In this document: positions 1 through 16,840 of the stretch, piece by piece
Layout: each line of letters begins with the position of its first letter
Position numbering within the stretch: the first letter of the stretch is position 1
Source: Eledone cirrhosa
Lineage: Eukaryota
Length of the DNA stretch: 64,000 nt
Assembly (NCBI GenBank): GCA_964016885.1
Contig: OZ024740.1
Span: 46,190,001-46,254,000 of the forward strand
Direction: 5' to 3'
Translations under genes and position numbers: made by a program
The notes under the pieces: generated by a model
What the model was told of the DNA's origin: nothing
Database searches by the model: none
What the model saw: only the letters and a program-made list of their open reading frames with translations

Positions 1-3000
1 CACACGAGAAGGTAATACACACATCTAGGACAATATACAACACACAAGAAGGTAATACACACATCTAGGACCACATACAACACACGAGAAGGTAATACAC
101 ACATCTAGGACAACATACAACACACGAGAAGGTAATACACACATCTAGGACCACATACAACACACGAGAAGGTAATACACACATCTAGGACAACATACAA
201 CACACGAGAAGGTAATACACACATCTAGGACAACATACAACACACGAGAAGGTAATACACACATCCAGGACCACATACAACACACGAGAAGATAATACAC
301 ACATCTAGGACCACATACAACACACGAGAAGGTAATACACACATCTAGGACCACATACAACACACGATAAGGTAATACACACATCTAGGACCATATACAA
401 CACACAAGAAGGTAATACACACATCTAGGACCACATACAACAGACGAGCAGGTAATACACACATCTAAGACTACATACAACACACGAGAAGGTAATACAC
501 ATATCTAGAACCATATACAACACACAAGAAGGTAATGCACACACCTAGGATCACATACAACACACGAGAGGGTAATACACACATCTTGGACCACATACAA
601 CACACGAGAGGGTAATACACACATCTAGGACCATATACAACACACGAGAAGGAAATACACACATCTAGGACTACATACAACACACGAGAAGGTAATACAC
701 ACACCTATCGCCACATACAACACACGAGAAGGTAATACACACATCTAAGACCACATACAACACACGATAAGGTAATACACACATCTAGAACCATATACAA
801 CACACGAGAAGATAATACACACATCTAGGACCACATACAACACACGAGAAGGTAATACACACATCTAGGACCACATACAACACACGAGAAGGTAATACAC
901 ACATCTAAGACCATATACAACACACGAGAAGGTAATACACACATCTAGGACCACATACAACACACGAGAAGGTAATATACACATTCTAGGACCACATACA
1001 ACACACGAGAAGGTAATACACACATCTAGGACTACAAACAACACACGAGAAGGTAATACACACACCTATGGCCACATACAACACACGAGAAGGTAATACA
1101 CACACCTATGGCCACATACAACACACGAGAAGGTAATACACACATCTAGGACCACATTCAACACACGAGAAGGTAATACACACATCTAGGACCACATACA
1201 ACACACGAGAAGGTAATACACACATCTTGGACCACATACAACACACGAGAAGGTAATACACACATCTAGGACCACATACAACACACGAGAAGGTAATACA
1301 CACATCTAAGACTACATACAACTCACGAGAAGGTAATACACACATCTAGGATCATATACAACACACGAGAAGGTAATACACACATCTAGGACCACATACA
1401 ACACACGAGAAGGTAATACACACATCTAGGACCACATACAACACACGAGAAGGTAATACACACATCTTGGACCACATACAACACACGAGAAGGTAATACA
1501 CACATCTAGGACCACATACAACACACGAGAAGGTAATACACACATCTAGGACCATATACAACACACGAGAAGGTAATACACACACCTAGGACCACATACA
1601 ACAGACGAGCAGGTAATACACACATCTAGGACCATATACAACACACGATAAGGTAATACACACATCTAAGACTACATACAACACACGAGAAAATAATACA
1701 CACATCTAGGACCATATGCAACACACGAGAAGGTAATACACACATCTAGGACCACATACAACACACGAGAAGGTAATACACACATCTAGGACCACATACA
1801 ACGCACGAGAAGGTAATACACACATCTAGAACCATATACAACACACGAGCAGGTAATACACACATCTAGCACCACATACAACACACGAGAAGGTAATACA
1901 CACATCTAGGACCACATACAACACAGGAGAAGGTAATACACACATCCAGGACCACATACAACACACGAGAAGATAATACACACACCTATGACCATATACA
2001 ACACACAAGAAGGTAATACACACATCTAGGACCACATACAACAGACGAGCAGGTAATACACACATCTAGGACCAAATACAACACACGAGAAGGTAATACA
2101 CACATCTAGGACCACATACAACAGACGAGCAGGTAATACACACATCTAGGACCAAATACAACACACGAGAAGGTAATACACACATCTAAGACTACATACA
2201 ACACACGAGAAGGTAATACACATATCTAGGACCATATACAACACACGAGAATGTAATGCACACACCTAGGACCACATACAACACACGAGAGGGTAATACA
2301 CACATCTAGGACCACATACAACACACGAGAAGATAATACACACATCTAGGACCACATACAACACACGAGAAGTTAATACACACATCTAGGACCATATACA
2401 ACACACGAGAAGGTAATACACACATCTAGGACCACATACAACACACGAGAAGGTAATACACACATCTAGGACCATATACAACGGACGAGCAGGTAATACA
2501 CACATCTAGGACCATATACAACACACGAGAAGGTAATACACACATCTAAGACCATATACAACGGACGAGCAGGTAATACACACATCTAGGACCATATACA
2601 ACACACGAGAAGGTAATACACACATCTAGGACCATATACAACGGACGAGCAGGTAATACACACACCTAGGACCACATACAACACACGAGAGGGTAATACA
2701 CACATCTAGGACCACATAAAACACACGAGAAGATAATACACACATCTAGGACCACATACAACACACGAGAAGTTAATACACACATCTAAGACTACATACA
2801 ACACACGAGAAGGTAATACACACATCTAGGACCACATACAACACACGAGAAGGTAATACACACATCTAGGACCATATACAACACACGATAAGTTAATACA
2901 CACATCTAAGAATACATACAACACACGAGAAGGTAATACACACATCTAGGACCATATACAACACACAAGAAGGTAATACACACATCTAGGACCACATACA

Positions 3001-3309
3001 ACAGACGAGCAGGTAATACACACATCTAGGACCACATACAACATACGAGAAGGTAATACACACATCTAAGACTACATACAACACACGAGAAGGTAATACA
3101 CATATCTAGGACCATATACAACACACGAGAAGGTAATACACACACCTAGGACCACATACAACACACGAGAGGGTAATACACACATCTAGGACCATATGCA
3201 ACACACAAGAAGGAAATACACACATCTAGGACTACATACAACACACGAGAAGGTAATACACACACCTATGGCCACATACAACACACGAGAAGGTAATACA
3301 CACATCTAA

Positions 3310-6300
3310 GACCACATACAACACACGATAAGGTAATACACACATCTAGGACCATATACAACACACGAGAAGGTAATACACACAACTAGGACCACATACA
3401 ACAGACGAGCAGGTAATACACACATCTAGGACCATATACAACACACGAGAAGGTAATACACACATCTAAGACTACATACAACACACGAGAAAATAATACA
3501 CACATCTAGGACCATATGCAACACACGAGAAGGTAATACACACATCTAGGACCATATGCAACACACGAGAAGGTAATACACACATCTAGGACCACATACA
3601 ACACACGAGAAGGTAATACACACATCTAGGACCACATACAACACACGAGAAGGTAATACACACATCTAGAACCATATACAACACACGAGCAGGTAATACA
3701 CACATCTAGCACCACATACAACACACGAGAAGGTAATACACACATCTAGGACCATATACAACACACGAGAAGGTAATACACACATCTCAGACCATATACA
3801 ACACACGAGAAGGTAATACACACATCTAGGACCACATACAACACACGAGAAGGTAATACACACATCTAGGACCACATACAACAGACGAGCAGGTAATACA
3901 CACATCTAGGACCACATACAACACACGAGAAGGTAATACACACATCTAAGACCATATACAACACACGAGAAGGTAATACACACATCTAGGACCACATACA
4001 ACACACGAGAAGGTAATACACACATCTAGGACCATATACAACACACGAGAAGGTAATACACACACCTAGGACCACATACAACAGACGAGCAGGTAATACA
4101 CACATCTAGGACCATATACAACACACGATAAGGTAATACACACATCTAAGACTACATACAACACACGAGAAAATAATACACACATCTAGGACCATATGCA
4201 ACACACGAGAAGGTAATACACACATCTAGGACCATATGCAACACACGAGAAGGTAATACACACATCTAGGACCACATACAACACACGAGAAGGTAATACA
4301 CACATCTAGGACCACATACAACACACGAGAAGGTAATACACACATCTAGAACCATATACAACACACGAGCAGGTAATACACACATCTAGCACCACATACA
4401 ACACACGAGAAGGTAATACACACATCTAGGACCACATACAACAGACGAGAAGGTAATACACACATGCAGGACCACATACAACACACGAGAAGGTAATACA
4501 CACATCTAGGACCATATGCAACACACGAGAAGGTAATACACACATCTAGGACCATATGCAACACACGAGAAGGTAATACACACATCTAGGACCATATACA
4601 ACACACGAGAAGGTAATACACACATCTAGGACCACATACAACAGACGAGAAGGTAATACACACATCCAGGACCACATACAACACACGAGAAGATAATACA
4701 CACATCTAGGACCACATACAACACACGAGAAGGTAATACACACATCTAGGACCATATACAACACACAAGAAGGTAATACACACATCTAGGACCACATACA
4801 ACAGACGAGCAGGTAATACACACATCTAGGACCAAATACAACACACGAGAAGGTAATACACACATCTAAGTCTACATACAACACACGAGAAGGTAATACA
4901 CATATCTAGGACCATATACAACACACGAGAAGGTAATGCACACACCTAGGACCACATACAACACACGAGAAGGTAATACACACATCTAGGACCACATACA
5001 ACACACGAGAAGGTAATACACACATCTAGGACCATATACAACGGACGAGCAGGTAATACACACATCTAAGACTACATACAACACACGAGAAGGTAATACA
5101 CACATGTAGGACCACATACAACACACGAGAAGGTAATACACACATCTAGGACCATATACAACACACGATAAGGTAATACACACATCTAAGAATACATACG
5201 ACACACGAGAAGGTAATACACACATCTAGGACCATATACAACACACAAGAAGGTAACACACACATCTAGGACCACATACAACAGACGAGCAGGTAATACA
5301 CACATCTAGGACCACATACAACACACGAGAAGGTAATACACACATCTAAGACTACATACAACACACGAGAAGGTAATACACATATCTAGGACCATATACA
5401 ACACACGAGAAGGTAATACACATACCTAGGACCACATACAACACACGAGAGGGTAATACACACATCTAGGACCATATGCAACACACGAGAAGGAAATACA
5501 CACATCTAGGACTACATACAACACACGAGAAGGTAATACACACACCTATGGCCACATACAACACACGAGAAGGTAATACACACATCTAAGACCACATACA
5601 ACACACGATAAGGTAATACACACATCTAGAACCATATACAACACACGAGAAGATAATACACACATCTAGGACCACATACAACACACGAGAAGGTAATACA
5701 CACATCTAGGACCACATACAACACACGAGAAGGTAATACACACATCTAAGACCAACCATATACAACACACGAGAAGGTAATACACACATCTAGGACCACA
5801 TACAACACACGAGAAGGTAATACACACATTCTAGGACCACATACAACACACGAGAAGGTAATACACACATCTAGGACTACTAACAACACACGAGAAGGTA
5901 ATACACACACCTATGGCCACATACAACAAACGAGAAGGTAATAAACACACCTATGGCCACATACAACACACGAGAAGGTAATACACACATCTAGGACCAC
6001 ATTCAACACACGAGAAGGTAATACACACATTCTAGGACCACATACAACACACGAGAAGATAATACACACATCTAGGACTACAAACAACACACGAGAAGGT
6101 AATACACACACCTATGGCCACATACAACACACGAGAAGGTAATACACACATCTAAGACCACATACAACACACGAGAAGGTAATACACACATCTAGAACCA
6201 TATACAATACACGAGAAGATAATACACACATCTAGGACCACATACAACACACGAGAAGATAATACACACATCTAGGACCACATACAACACACGGGAAGGT

Positions 6301-9300
6301 AATACACACATCTAAGACCATATACAACACACGAGAAGATAATACACACATCTAGGACCACATACAACACATGAGAAGGTAATAGACACATCTAGGACCA
6401 CATACAACACACGAGAAGGTAATACACACATCTAAGACCACATACAACACACGAGAAGGTAATACACACATCTAAGACTACATACAACACACGAGAAGGT
6501 AGTACACATATCTAGGACCATATACAACACACGAGAAGGTAATACACACACCTAGGACCACATACAACACACGAGAGGGTAATACACACATCTAGGACCA
6601 AATGCAACACACGAGAAGGAAATACACACATCTAGGACTACATACAACACACGAGAAGGTAATACACACACCTATGGCCACATACAACACACGAGAAGGT
6701 AATACACACATCTAAGACCACATACAACACACGATAAGGTAATACACACATCTAGAACCATATACAACACACGAGAAGATAATACACACATCTAGGACCA
6801 CATACAACACACGAGAAGGTAATACACACATCTAGAACCACATACAACACACAAGAAGGTAATACACACATCTAAGACCATATACGACACACGAGAAGGT
6901 AATACACACATCTAGGACCACATACAACACACGAGAAGGTAATACACACATTCTAGGACCACATACAACACACGAGAAGGTAATACACACATCTAGGACT
7001 ACAAACAACACACGAGAAGGTAATACACACACCTATGGCCACATACAACACACGAGAAGGTAATACACACACCTATGGCCACATACAACACACGAGAAGG
7101 TAATACACACATCTAGGACCACATACAACACACGAGAAGGTAATACACACATCTAGGACTACAAACAACACACGAGAAGGCAATACACACACCTATGGCC
7201 ACATACAACACACGAGAAGGTAATACACACATCTAGGACCACATACAACACACGAGAAGGTAATACACACATCTAGGACTACAAACAACACACGAGAAGG
7301 TAATAAACACACCTATGGCCACATACAACACACGAGAAGGTAATACACACATCTAAGACCACATACAACACACGAGAAGGTAATACACACATCTAGAACC
7401 ATATACAACACACGAGAAGATAATACACACATCTAGGACCACATACAACACACGAGAAGATAATACACACATCTAGGACCACATACAACACACGGGAAGG
7501 TAATACACACATCTAAGACCATATACAACACACGAGAAGATAATACACACATCTAAGACCACATACAACACACGAGAAGGTAATAGACACATCTAGGACC
7601 ACATACAACACACGAGAAGGTAATACACACATCTAAGACCACATACAACACACGAGAAGGTAATACACACATCTAAGACTACATACAACTCACGAGAAGG
7701 TAATACACACATCTAGGACCACATACAACACACGAGAAGGTAATACACACATCTAGGACCACATACAACACACGAGAAGGTAATACACACATCTAGGACC
7801 ACATACAACACACGAGAAGGTAATACACACATCTTGGACCACATACAACACACGAGAAGGTAATACACACATCTAGGACCACATACAACACACGAGAAGG
7901 TAATACACACATCTAGGACCACATACAACACACGAGAAGGTAATACACACATCTAGGACCATATACAACACACGAGAAGGTAATACACACACCTAGGACC
8001 ACATACAACAGACGAGCAGGTAATACACACATGTAGGACCATATATAACACACGATAAGGTAATACACATATCTAAGACTACATACAACACACGAGAAGG
8101 TAATACACGCATCTAGGACCACATACAACACACGAGAAGGTAATACACACATCTAGGACCACATACAACACACGAGAAGGTAATACACACATCTAGGACC
8201 ACATACAACACACGAGAAAATAATACACACATCTAGGACCATATGCAACACACGAGAAGGTAATACACACATCTAGGACCACATACAACACACGAGAAGG
8301 TAATACACACATCTAGGACCACATACAACACACGATAAGGTAATACACACATCTAGGACCATATACAACACACGAGAAGGTAATACACACAACTAGGACC
8401 ACATACAACAGACGAGCAGGTAATACACACATCTAGGACCATATACAACACACGATAAGGTAATACACACATCTAAGACTACATACAACACACGAGAAAA
8501 TAATACACACATCTAGGACCATATGCAACACACGAGAAGGTAATACACACATCTAGGACCATATGCAACACACGAGAAGGTAATACACACATCTAGGACC
8601 ACATACAACACACGAGAAGGTAATACACACATCTAGGACCACATACAACACACGAGAAGGTAATACACACATCTAGAACCATATACAACACACGAGCAGG
8701 TAATACACACATCTAGCACCACATACAACACACGAGAAGGTAATACACACATCTAGGACCATATACAAGACACGAGAAGGTAATACACACATCTAAGACC
8801 ATATACAACACACGAGAAGGTAATACACACATCTAGGACCACATACAACACACAAGAAGGTAATACACACATCTAGGACCACATACAACAGACGAGCAGG
8901 TAATACACACATCTAGGACCACATACAACACACGAGAAGGTAATACACACATCTAAGACCATATACAACACACGAGAAGGTAATACACACATCTAGGACC
9001 ACATACAACACACGAGAAGGTAATACACACATCTAGGACCATATACAACACACGAGAAGGTAATACACACACCTAGGACCACATACAACAGACGAGCAGG
9101 TAATACACACATCTAGGACCATATACAACACACGATAAGGTAATACACACATCTAAGACTACATACAACACACGAGAAAATAATACACACATCTAGGACC
9201 ATATGCAACACACGAGAAGGTAATACACACATCTAGGACCATATGCAACACACGAGAAGGTAATACACACATCTAGGACCACATACAACACACGAGAAGG

Positions 9301-12300
9301 TAATACACACATCTAGGACCACATACAACACACGAGAAGGTAATACACACATCTAGAACCATATACAACACACGAGCAGGTAATACACACATCTAGCACC
9401 ACATACAACACACGAGAAGGTAATACACACATCTAGGACCACATACAACAGACGAGAAGGTAATACACACATGCAGGACCACATACAACACACGAGAAGG
9501 TAATACACACATCTAGGACCATATGCAACACACGAGAAGGTAATACACACATCTAGGACCATATGCAACACACGAGAAGGTAATACACACATCTAGGACC
9601 ATATACAACACACGAGAAGGTAATACACACATCTAGGACCACATACAACAGACGAGAAGGTAATACACACATCCAGGACCACATACAACACACGAGAAGA
9701 TAATACACACATCTAGGACCACATACAACACACGAGAAGGTAATACACACATCTAGGACCATATACAACACACAAGAAGGTAATACACACATCTAGGACC
9801 ACATACAACAGACGAGCAGGTAATACACACATCTAGGACCAAATACAACACACGAGAAGGTAATACACACATCTAAGTCTACATACAACACACGAGAAGG
9901 TAATACACATATCTAGGACCATATACAACACACGAGAAGGTAATGCACACACCTAGGACCACATACAACACACGAGAAGGTAATACACACATCTAGGACC
10001 ACATACAACACACGAGAAGGTAATACACACATCTAGGACCATATACAACGGACGAGCAGGTAATACACACATCTAAGACTACATACAACACACGAGAAGG
10101 TAATACACACATGTAGGACCACATACAACACACGAGAAGGTAATACACACATCTAGGACCATATACAACACACGATAAGGTAATACACACATCTAAGAAT
10201 ACATACGACACACGAGAAGGTAATACACACATCTAGGACCATATACAACACACAAGAAGGTAACACACACATCTAGGACCACATACAACAGACGAGCAGG
10301 TAATACACACATCTAGGACCACATACAACACACGAGAAGGTAATACACACATCTAAGACTACATACAACACACGAGAAGGTAATACACATATCTAGGACC
10401 ATATACAACACACGAGAAGGTAATACACATACCTAGGACCACATACAACACACGAGAGGGTAATACACACATCTAGGACCATATGCAACACACGAGAAGG
10501 AAATACACACATCTAGGACTACATACAACACACGAGAAGGTAATACACACACCTATGGCCACATACAACACACGAGAAGGTAATACACACATCTAAGACC
10601 ACATACAACACACGATAAGGTAATACACACATCTAGAACCATATACAACACACGAGAAGATAATACACACATCTAGGACCACATACAACACACGAGAAGG
10701 TAATACACACATCTAGGACCACATACAACACACGAGAAGGTAATACACACATCTAAGACCAACCATATACAACACACGAGAAGGTAATACACACATCTAG
10801 GACTACAAACAACACACGAGAAGGTAATAAACACACCTATGGCCACATACAACACACGAGAAGGTAATACACACATCTAAGACCACATACAACACACGAG
10901 AAGGTAATACACACATCTAGAACCATATACAACACACGAGAAGATAATACACACATCTAGGACCACATACAACACACGAGAAGATAATACACACATCTAG
11001 GACCACATACAACACACGGGAAGGTAATACACACATCTAAGACCATATACAACACACGAGAAGATAATACACACATCTAAGACCACATACAACACACGAG
11101 AAGGTAATAGACACATCTAGGACCACATACAACACACGAGAAGGTAATACACACATCTAAGACCACATACAACACACGAGAAGGTAATACACACATCTAA
11201 GACTACATACAACTCACGAGAAGGTAATACACACATCTAGGACCACATACAACACACGAGAAGGTAATACACACATCTAGGACCACATACAACACACGAG
11301 AAGGTAATACACACATCTAGGACCACATACAACACACGAGAAGGTAATACACACATCTTGGACCACATACAACACACGAGAAGGTAATACACACATCTAG
11401 GACCACATACAACACACGAGAAGGTAATACACACATCTAGGACCACATACAACACACGAGAAGGTAATACACACATCTAGGACCATATACAACACACGAG
11501 AAGGTAATACACACACCTAGGACCACATACAACAGACGAGCAGGTAATACACACATGTAGGACCATATATAACACACGATAAGGTAATACACATATCTAA
11601 GACTACATACAACACACGAGAAGGTAATACACGCATCTAGGACCACATACAACACACGAGAAGGTAATACACACATCTAGGACCACATACAACACACGAG
11701 AAGGTAATACACACATCTAGGACCACATACAACACACGAGAAAATAATACACACATCTAGGACCATATGCAACACACGAGAAGGTAATACACACATCTAG
11801 GACCACATACAACACACGAGAAGGTAATACACACATCTAGGACCACATACAACACACGATAAGGTAATACACACATCTAGGACCATATACAACACACGAG
11901 AAGGTAATACACACAACTAGGACCACATACAACAGACGAGCAGGTAATACACACATCTAGGACCATATACAACACACGATAAGGTAATACACACATCTAA
12001 GACTACATACAACACACGAGAAAATAATACACACATCTAGGACCATATGCAACACACGAGAAGGTAATACACACATCTAGGACCATATACAAGACACGAG
12101 AAGGTAATACACACATCTAGGACCACATACAACACACGATAAGGTAATACACACATCTAGGACCATATACAACACACGAGAAGGTAATACACACAACTAG
12201 GACCACATACAACAGACGAGCAGGTAATACACACATCTAGGACCATATACAACACACGATAAGGTAATACACACATCTAAGACTACATACAACACACGAG

Positions 12301-15300
12301 AAAATAATACACACATCTAGGACCATATGCAACACACGAGAAGGTAATACACACATCTAGGACCATATACAAGACACGAGAAGGTAATACACACATCTAA
12401 GACCATATACAACACACGAGAAGGTAATACACACATCTAGGACCACATACAACACACGAGAAGGTAATACACACATCTAGGACCACATACAACAGACGAG
12501 CAGGTAATACACACATCTAGGACCACATACAACACACGAGAAGGTAATACACACATCTAAGACCATATACAACACACGAGAAGGTAATACACACATCTAG
12601 GACCACATACAACACACGAGAAGGTAATACACACATCTAGGACCATATACAACACACGAGAAGGTAATACACACACCTAGGACCACATACAACAGACGAG
12701 CAGGTAATACACACATCTAGGACCATATACAACACACGATAAGGTAATACACACATCTAAGACTACATACAACACACGAGAAAATAATACACACATCTAG
12801 GACCATATGCAACACACGAGAAGGTAATACACACATCTAGGACCATATGCAACACACGAGAAGGTAATACACACATCTAGGACCACATACAACACACGAG
12901 AAGGTAATACACACATCTAGGACCACATACAACACACGAGAAGGTAATACACACATCTAGAACCATATACAACACACGAGCAGGTAATACACACATCTAG
13001 CACCACATACAACACACGAGAAGGTAATACACACATCTAGGACCACATACAACAGACGAGAAGGTAATACACACATGCAGGACCACATACAACACACGAG
13101 AAGGTAATACACACATCTAGGACCATATGCAACACACGAGAAGGTAATACACACATCTAGGACCATATGCAACACACGAGAAGGTAATACACACATCTAG
13201 GACCATATACAACACACGAGAAGGTAATACACACATCTAAGTCTACATACAACACACGAGAAGGTAATACACACATCTAGGACCATATACAACACACAAG
13301 AAGGTAATACACACATCTAGGACCACATACAACAGACGAGCAGGTAATACACACATCTAGGACCAAATACAACACACGAGAAGGTAATACACACATCTAA
13401 GTCTACATACAACACACGAGAAGGTAATACACATATCTAGGACCATATACAACACACGAGAAGGTAATGCACACACCTAGGACCACATACAACACACGAG
13501 AAGGTAATACACACATCTAGGACCACATACAACACACGAGAAGGTAATACACACATCTAGGACCATATACAACGGACGAGCAGGTAATACACACATCTAA
13601 GACTACATACAACACACGAGAAGGTAATACACACATGTAGGACCACATACAACACACGAGAAGGTAATACACACATCTAGGACCATATACAACACACGAT
13701 AAGGTAATACACACATCTAAGAATACATACGACACACGAGAAGGTAATACACACATCTAGGACCATATACAACACACAAGAAGGTAACACACACATCTAG
13801 GACCACATACAACAGACGAGCAGGTAATACACACATCTAGGACCACATACAACACACGAGAAGGTAATACACACATCTAAGACTACATACAACACACGAG
13901 AAGGTAATACACATATCTAGGACCATATACAACACACGAGAAGGTAATACACATACCTAGGACCACATACAACACACGAGAGGGTAATACACACATCTAG
14001 GACCATATGCAACACACGAGAAGGAAATACACACATCTAGGACTACATACAACACACGAGAAGGTAATACACACACCTATGGCCACATACAACACACGAG
14101 AAGGTAATACACACATCTAAGACCACATACAACACACGATAAGGTAATACACACATCTAGAACCATATACAACACACGAGAAGATAATACACACATCTAG
14201 GACCACATACAACACACGAGAAGGTAATACACACATCTAGGACCACATACAACACACGAGAAGGTAATACACACATCTAAGACCAACCATATACAACACA
14301 CGAGAAGGTAATACACACATCTAGGACCACATACAACACACGAGAAGGTAATACACACATTCTAGGACCACATACAACACACGAGAAGGTAATACACACA
14401 TCTAGGACTACTAACAACACACGAGAAGGTAATACACACACCTATGGCCACATACAACAAACGAGAAGGTAATACACACACCTATGGCCACATACAACAC
14501 ACGAGAAGGTAATACACACATCTAGGACCACATTCAACACACGAGAAGGTAATACACACATTCTAGGACCACATACAACACACGAGAAGATAATACACAC
14601 ATCTAGGACTACAAACAACACACGAGAAGGTAATACACACACCTATGGCCACATACAACACACGAGAAGGTAATACACACATCTAAGACCACATACAACA
14701 CACGAGAAGGTAATACACACATCTAGAACCATATACAATACACGAGAAGATAATACACACATCTAGGACCACATACAACACACGAGAAGATAATACACAC
14801 ATCTAGGACCACATACAACACACGGGAAGGTAATACACACATCTAAGACCATATACAACACACGAGAAGATAATACACACATCTAGGACCACATACAACA
14901 CATGAGAAGGTAATAGACACATCTAGGACCACATACAACACACGAGAAGGTAATACACACATCTAAGACCACATACAACACACGAGAAGGTAATACACAC
15001 ATCTAAGACTACATACAACACACGAGAAGGTAGTACACATATCTAGGACCATATACAACACACGAGAAGGTAATACACACACCTAGGACCACATACAACA
15101 CACGAGAGGGTAATACACACATCTAGGACCAAATGCAACACACGAGAAGGAAATACACACATCTAGGACTACATACAACACACGAGAAGGTAATACACAC
15201 ACCTATGGCCACATACAACACACGAGAAGGTAATACACACATCTAAGACCACATACAACACACGATAAGGTAATACACACATCTAGAACCATATACAACA

Positions 15301-16840
15301 CACGAGAAGATAATACACACATCTAGGACCACATACAACACACGAGAAGGTAATACACACATCTAGAACCACATACAACACACAAGAAGGTAATACACAC
15401 ATCTAAGACCATATACGACACACGAGAAGGTAATACACACATCTAGGACCACATACAACACACGAGAAGGTAATACACACATTCTAGGACCACATACAAC
15501 ACACGAGAAGGTAATACACACATCTAGGACTACAAACAACACACGAGAAGGTAATACACACACCTATGGCCACATACAACACACGAGAAGGTAATACACA
15601 CACCTATGGCCACATACAACACACGAGAAGGTAATACACACATCTAGGACCACATACAACACACGAGAAGGTAATACACACATCTAGGACTACAAACAAC
15701 ACACGAGAAGGCAATACACACACCTATGGCCACATACAACACACGAGAAGGTAATACACACATCTAGGACCACATACAACACACGAGAAGGTAATACACA
15801 CATCTAGGACTACAAACAACACACGAGAAGGTAATAAACACACCTATGGCCACATACAACACACGAGAAGGTAATACACACATCTAAGACCACATACAAC
15901 ACACGAGAAGGTAATACACACATCTAGAACCATATACAACACACGAGAAGATAATACACACATCTAGGACCACATACAACACACGAGAAGATAATACACA
16001 CATCTAGGACCACATACAACACACGGGAAGGTAATACACACATCTAAGACCATATACAACACACGAGAAGATAATACACACATCTAAGACCACATACAAC
16101 ACACGAGAAGGTAATAGACACATCTAGGACCACATACAACACACGAGAAGGTAATACACACATCTAAGACCACATACAACACACGAGAAGGTAATACACA
16201 CATCTAAGACTACATACAACTCACGAGAAGGTAATACACACATCTAGGACCACATACAACACACGAGAAGGTAATACACACATCTAGGACCACATACAAC
16301 ACACGAGAAGGTAATACACACATCTAGGACCACATACAACACACGAGAAGGTAATACACACATCTTGGACCACATACAACACACGAGAAGGTAATACACA
16401 CATCTAGGACCACATACAACACACGAGAAGGTAATACACACATCTAGGACCACATACAACACACGAGAAGGTAATACACACATCTAGGACCATATACAAC
16501 ACACGAGAAGGTAATACACACACCTAGGACCACATACAACAGACGAGCAGGTAATACACACATGTAGGACCATATATAACACACGATAAGGTAATACACA
16601 TATCTAAGACTACATACAACACACGAGAAGGTAATACACGCATCTAGGACCACATACAACACACGAGAAGGTAATACACACATCTAGGACCACATACAAC
16701 ACACGAGAAGGTAATACACACATCTAGGACCACATACAACACACGAGAAAATAATACACACATCTAGGACCATATGCAACACACGAGAAGGTAATACACA
16801 CATCTAGGACCACATACAACACACGAGAAGGTAATACACA
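3310..16840. repeat. Three tandem copies of a ~5-kb (~125-monomer) higher-order unit, the middle copy internally deleted
   Basis: The same rare variants recur in the same order: CAACTAGG at ~3384/8391/11915, ATGCAGG at ~4464/9471/13075, ACCAACC insertion at ~5751/10758/14282. Identical ORF-track entries are offset by 5007 (4346/9353, 4986/9993), 3524 (7713/11237, 9993/13517) and 8531 (5911/14442, 6832/15363, 7713/16244). Confidence 0.85.
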
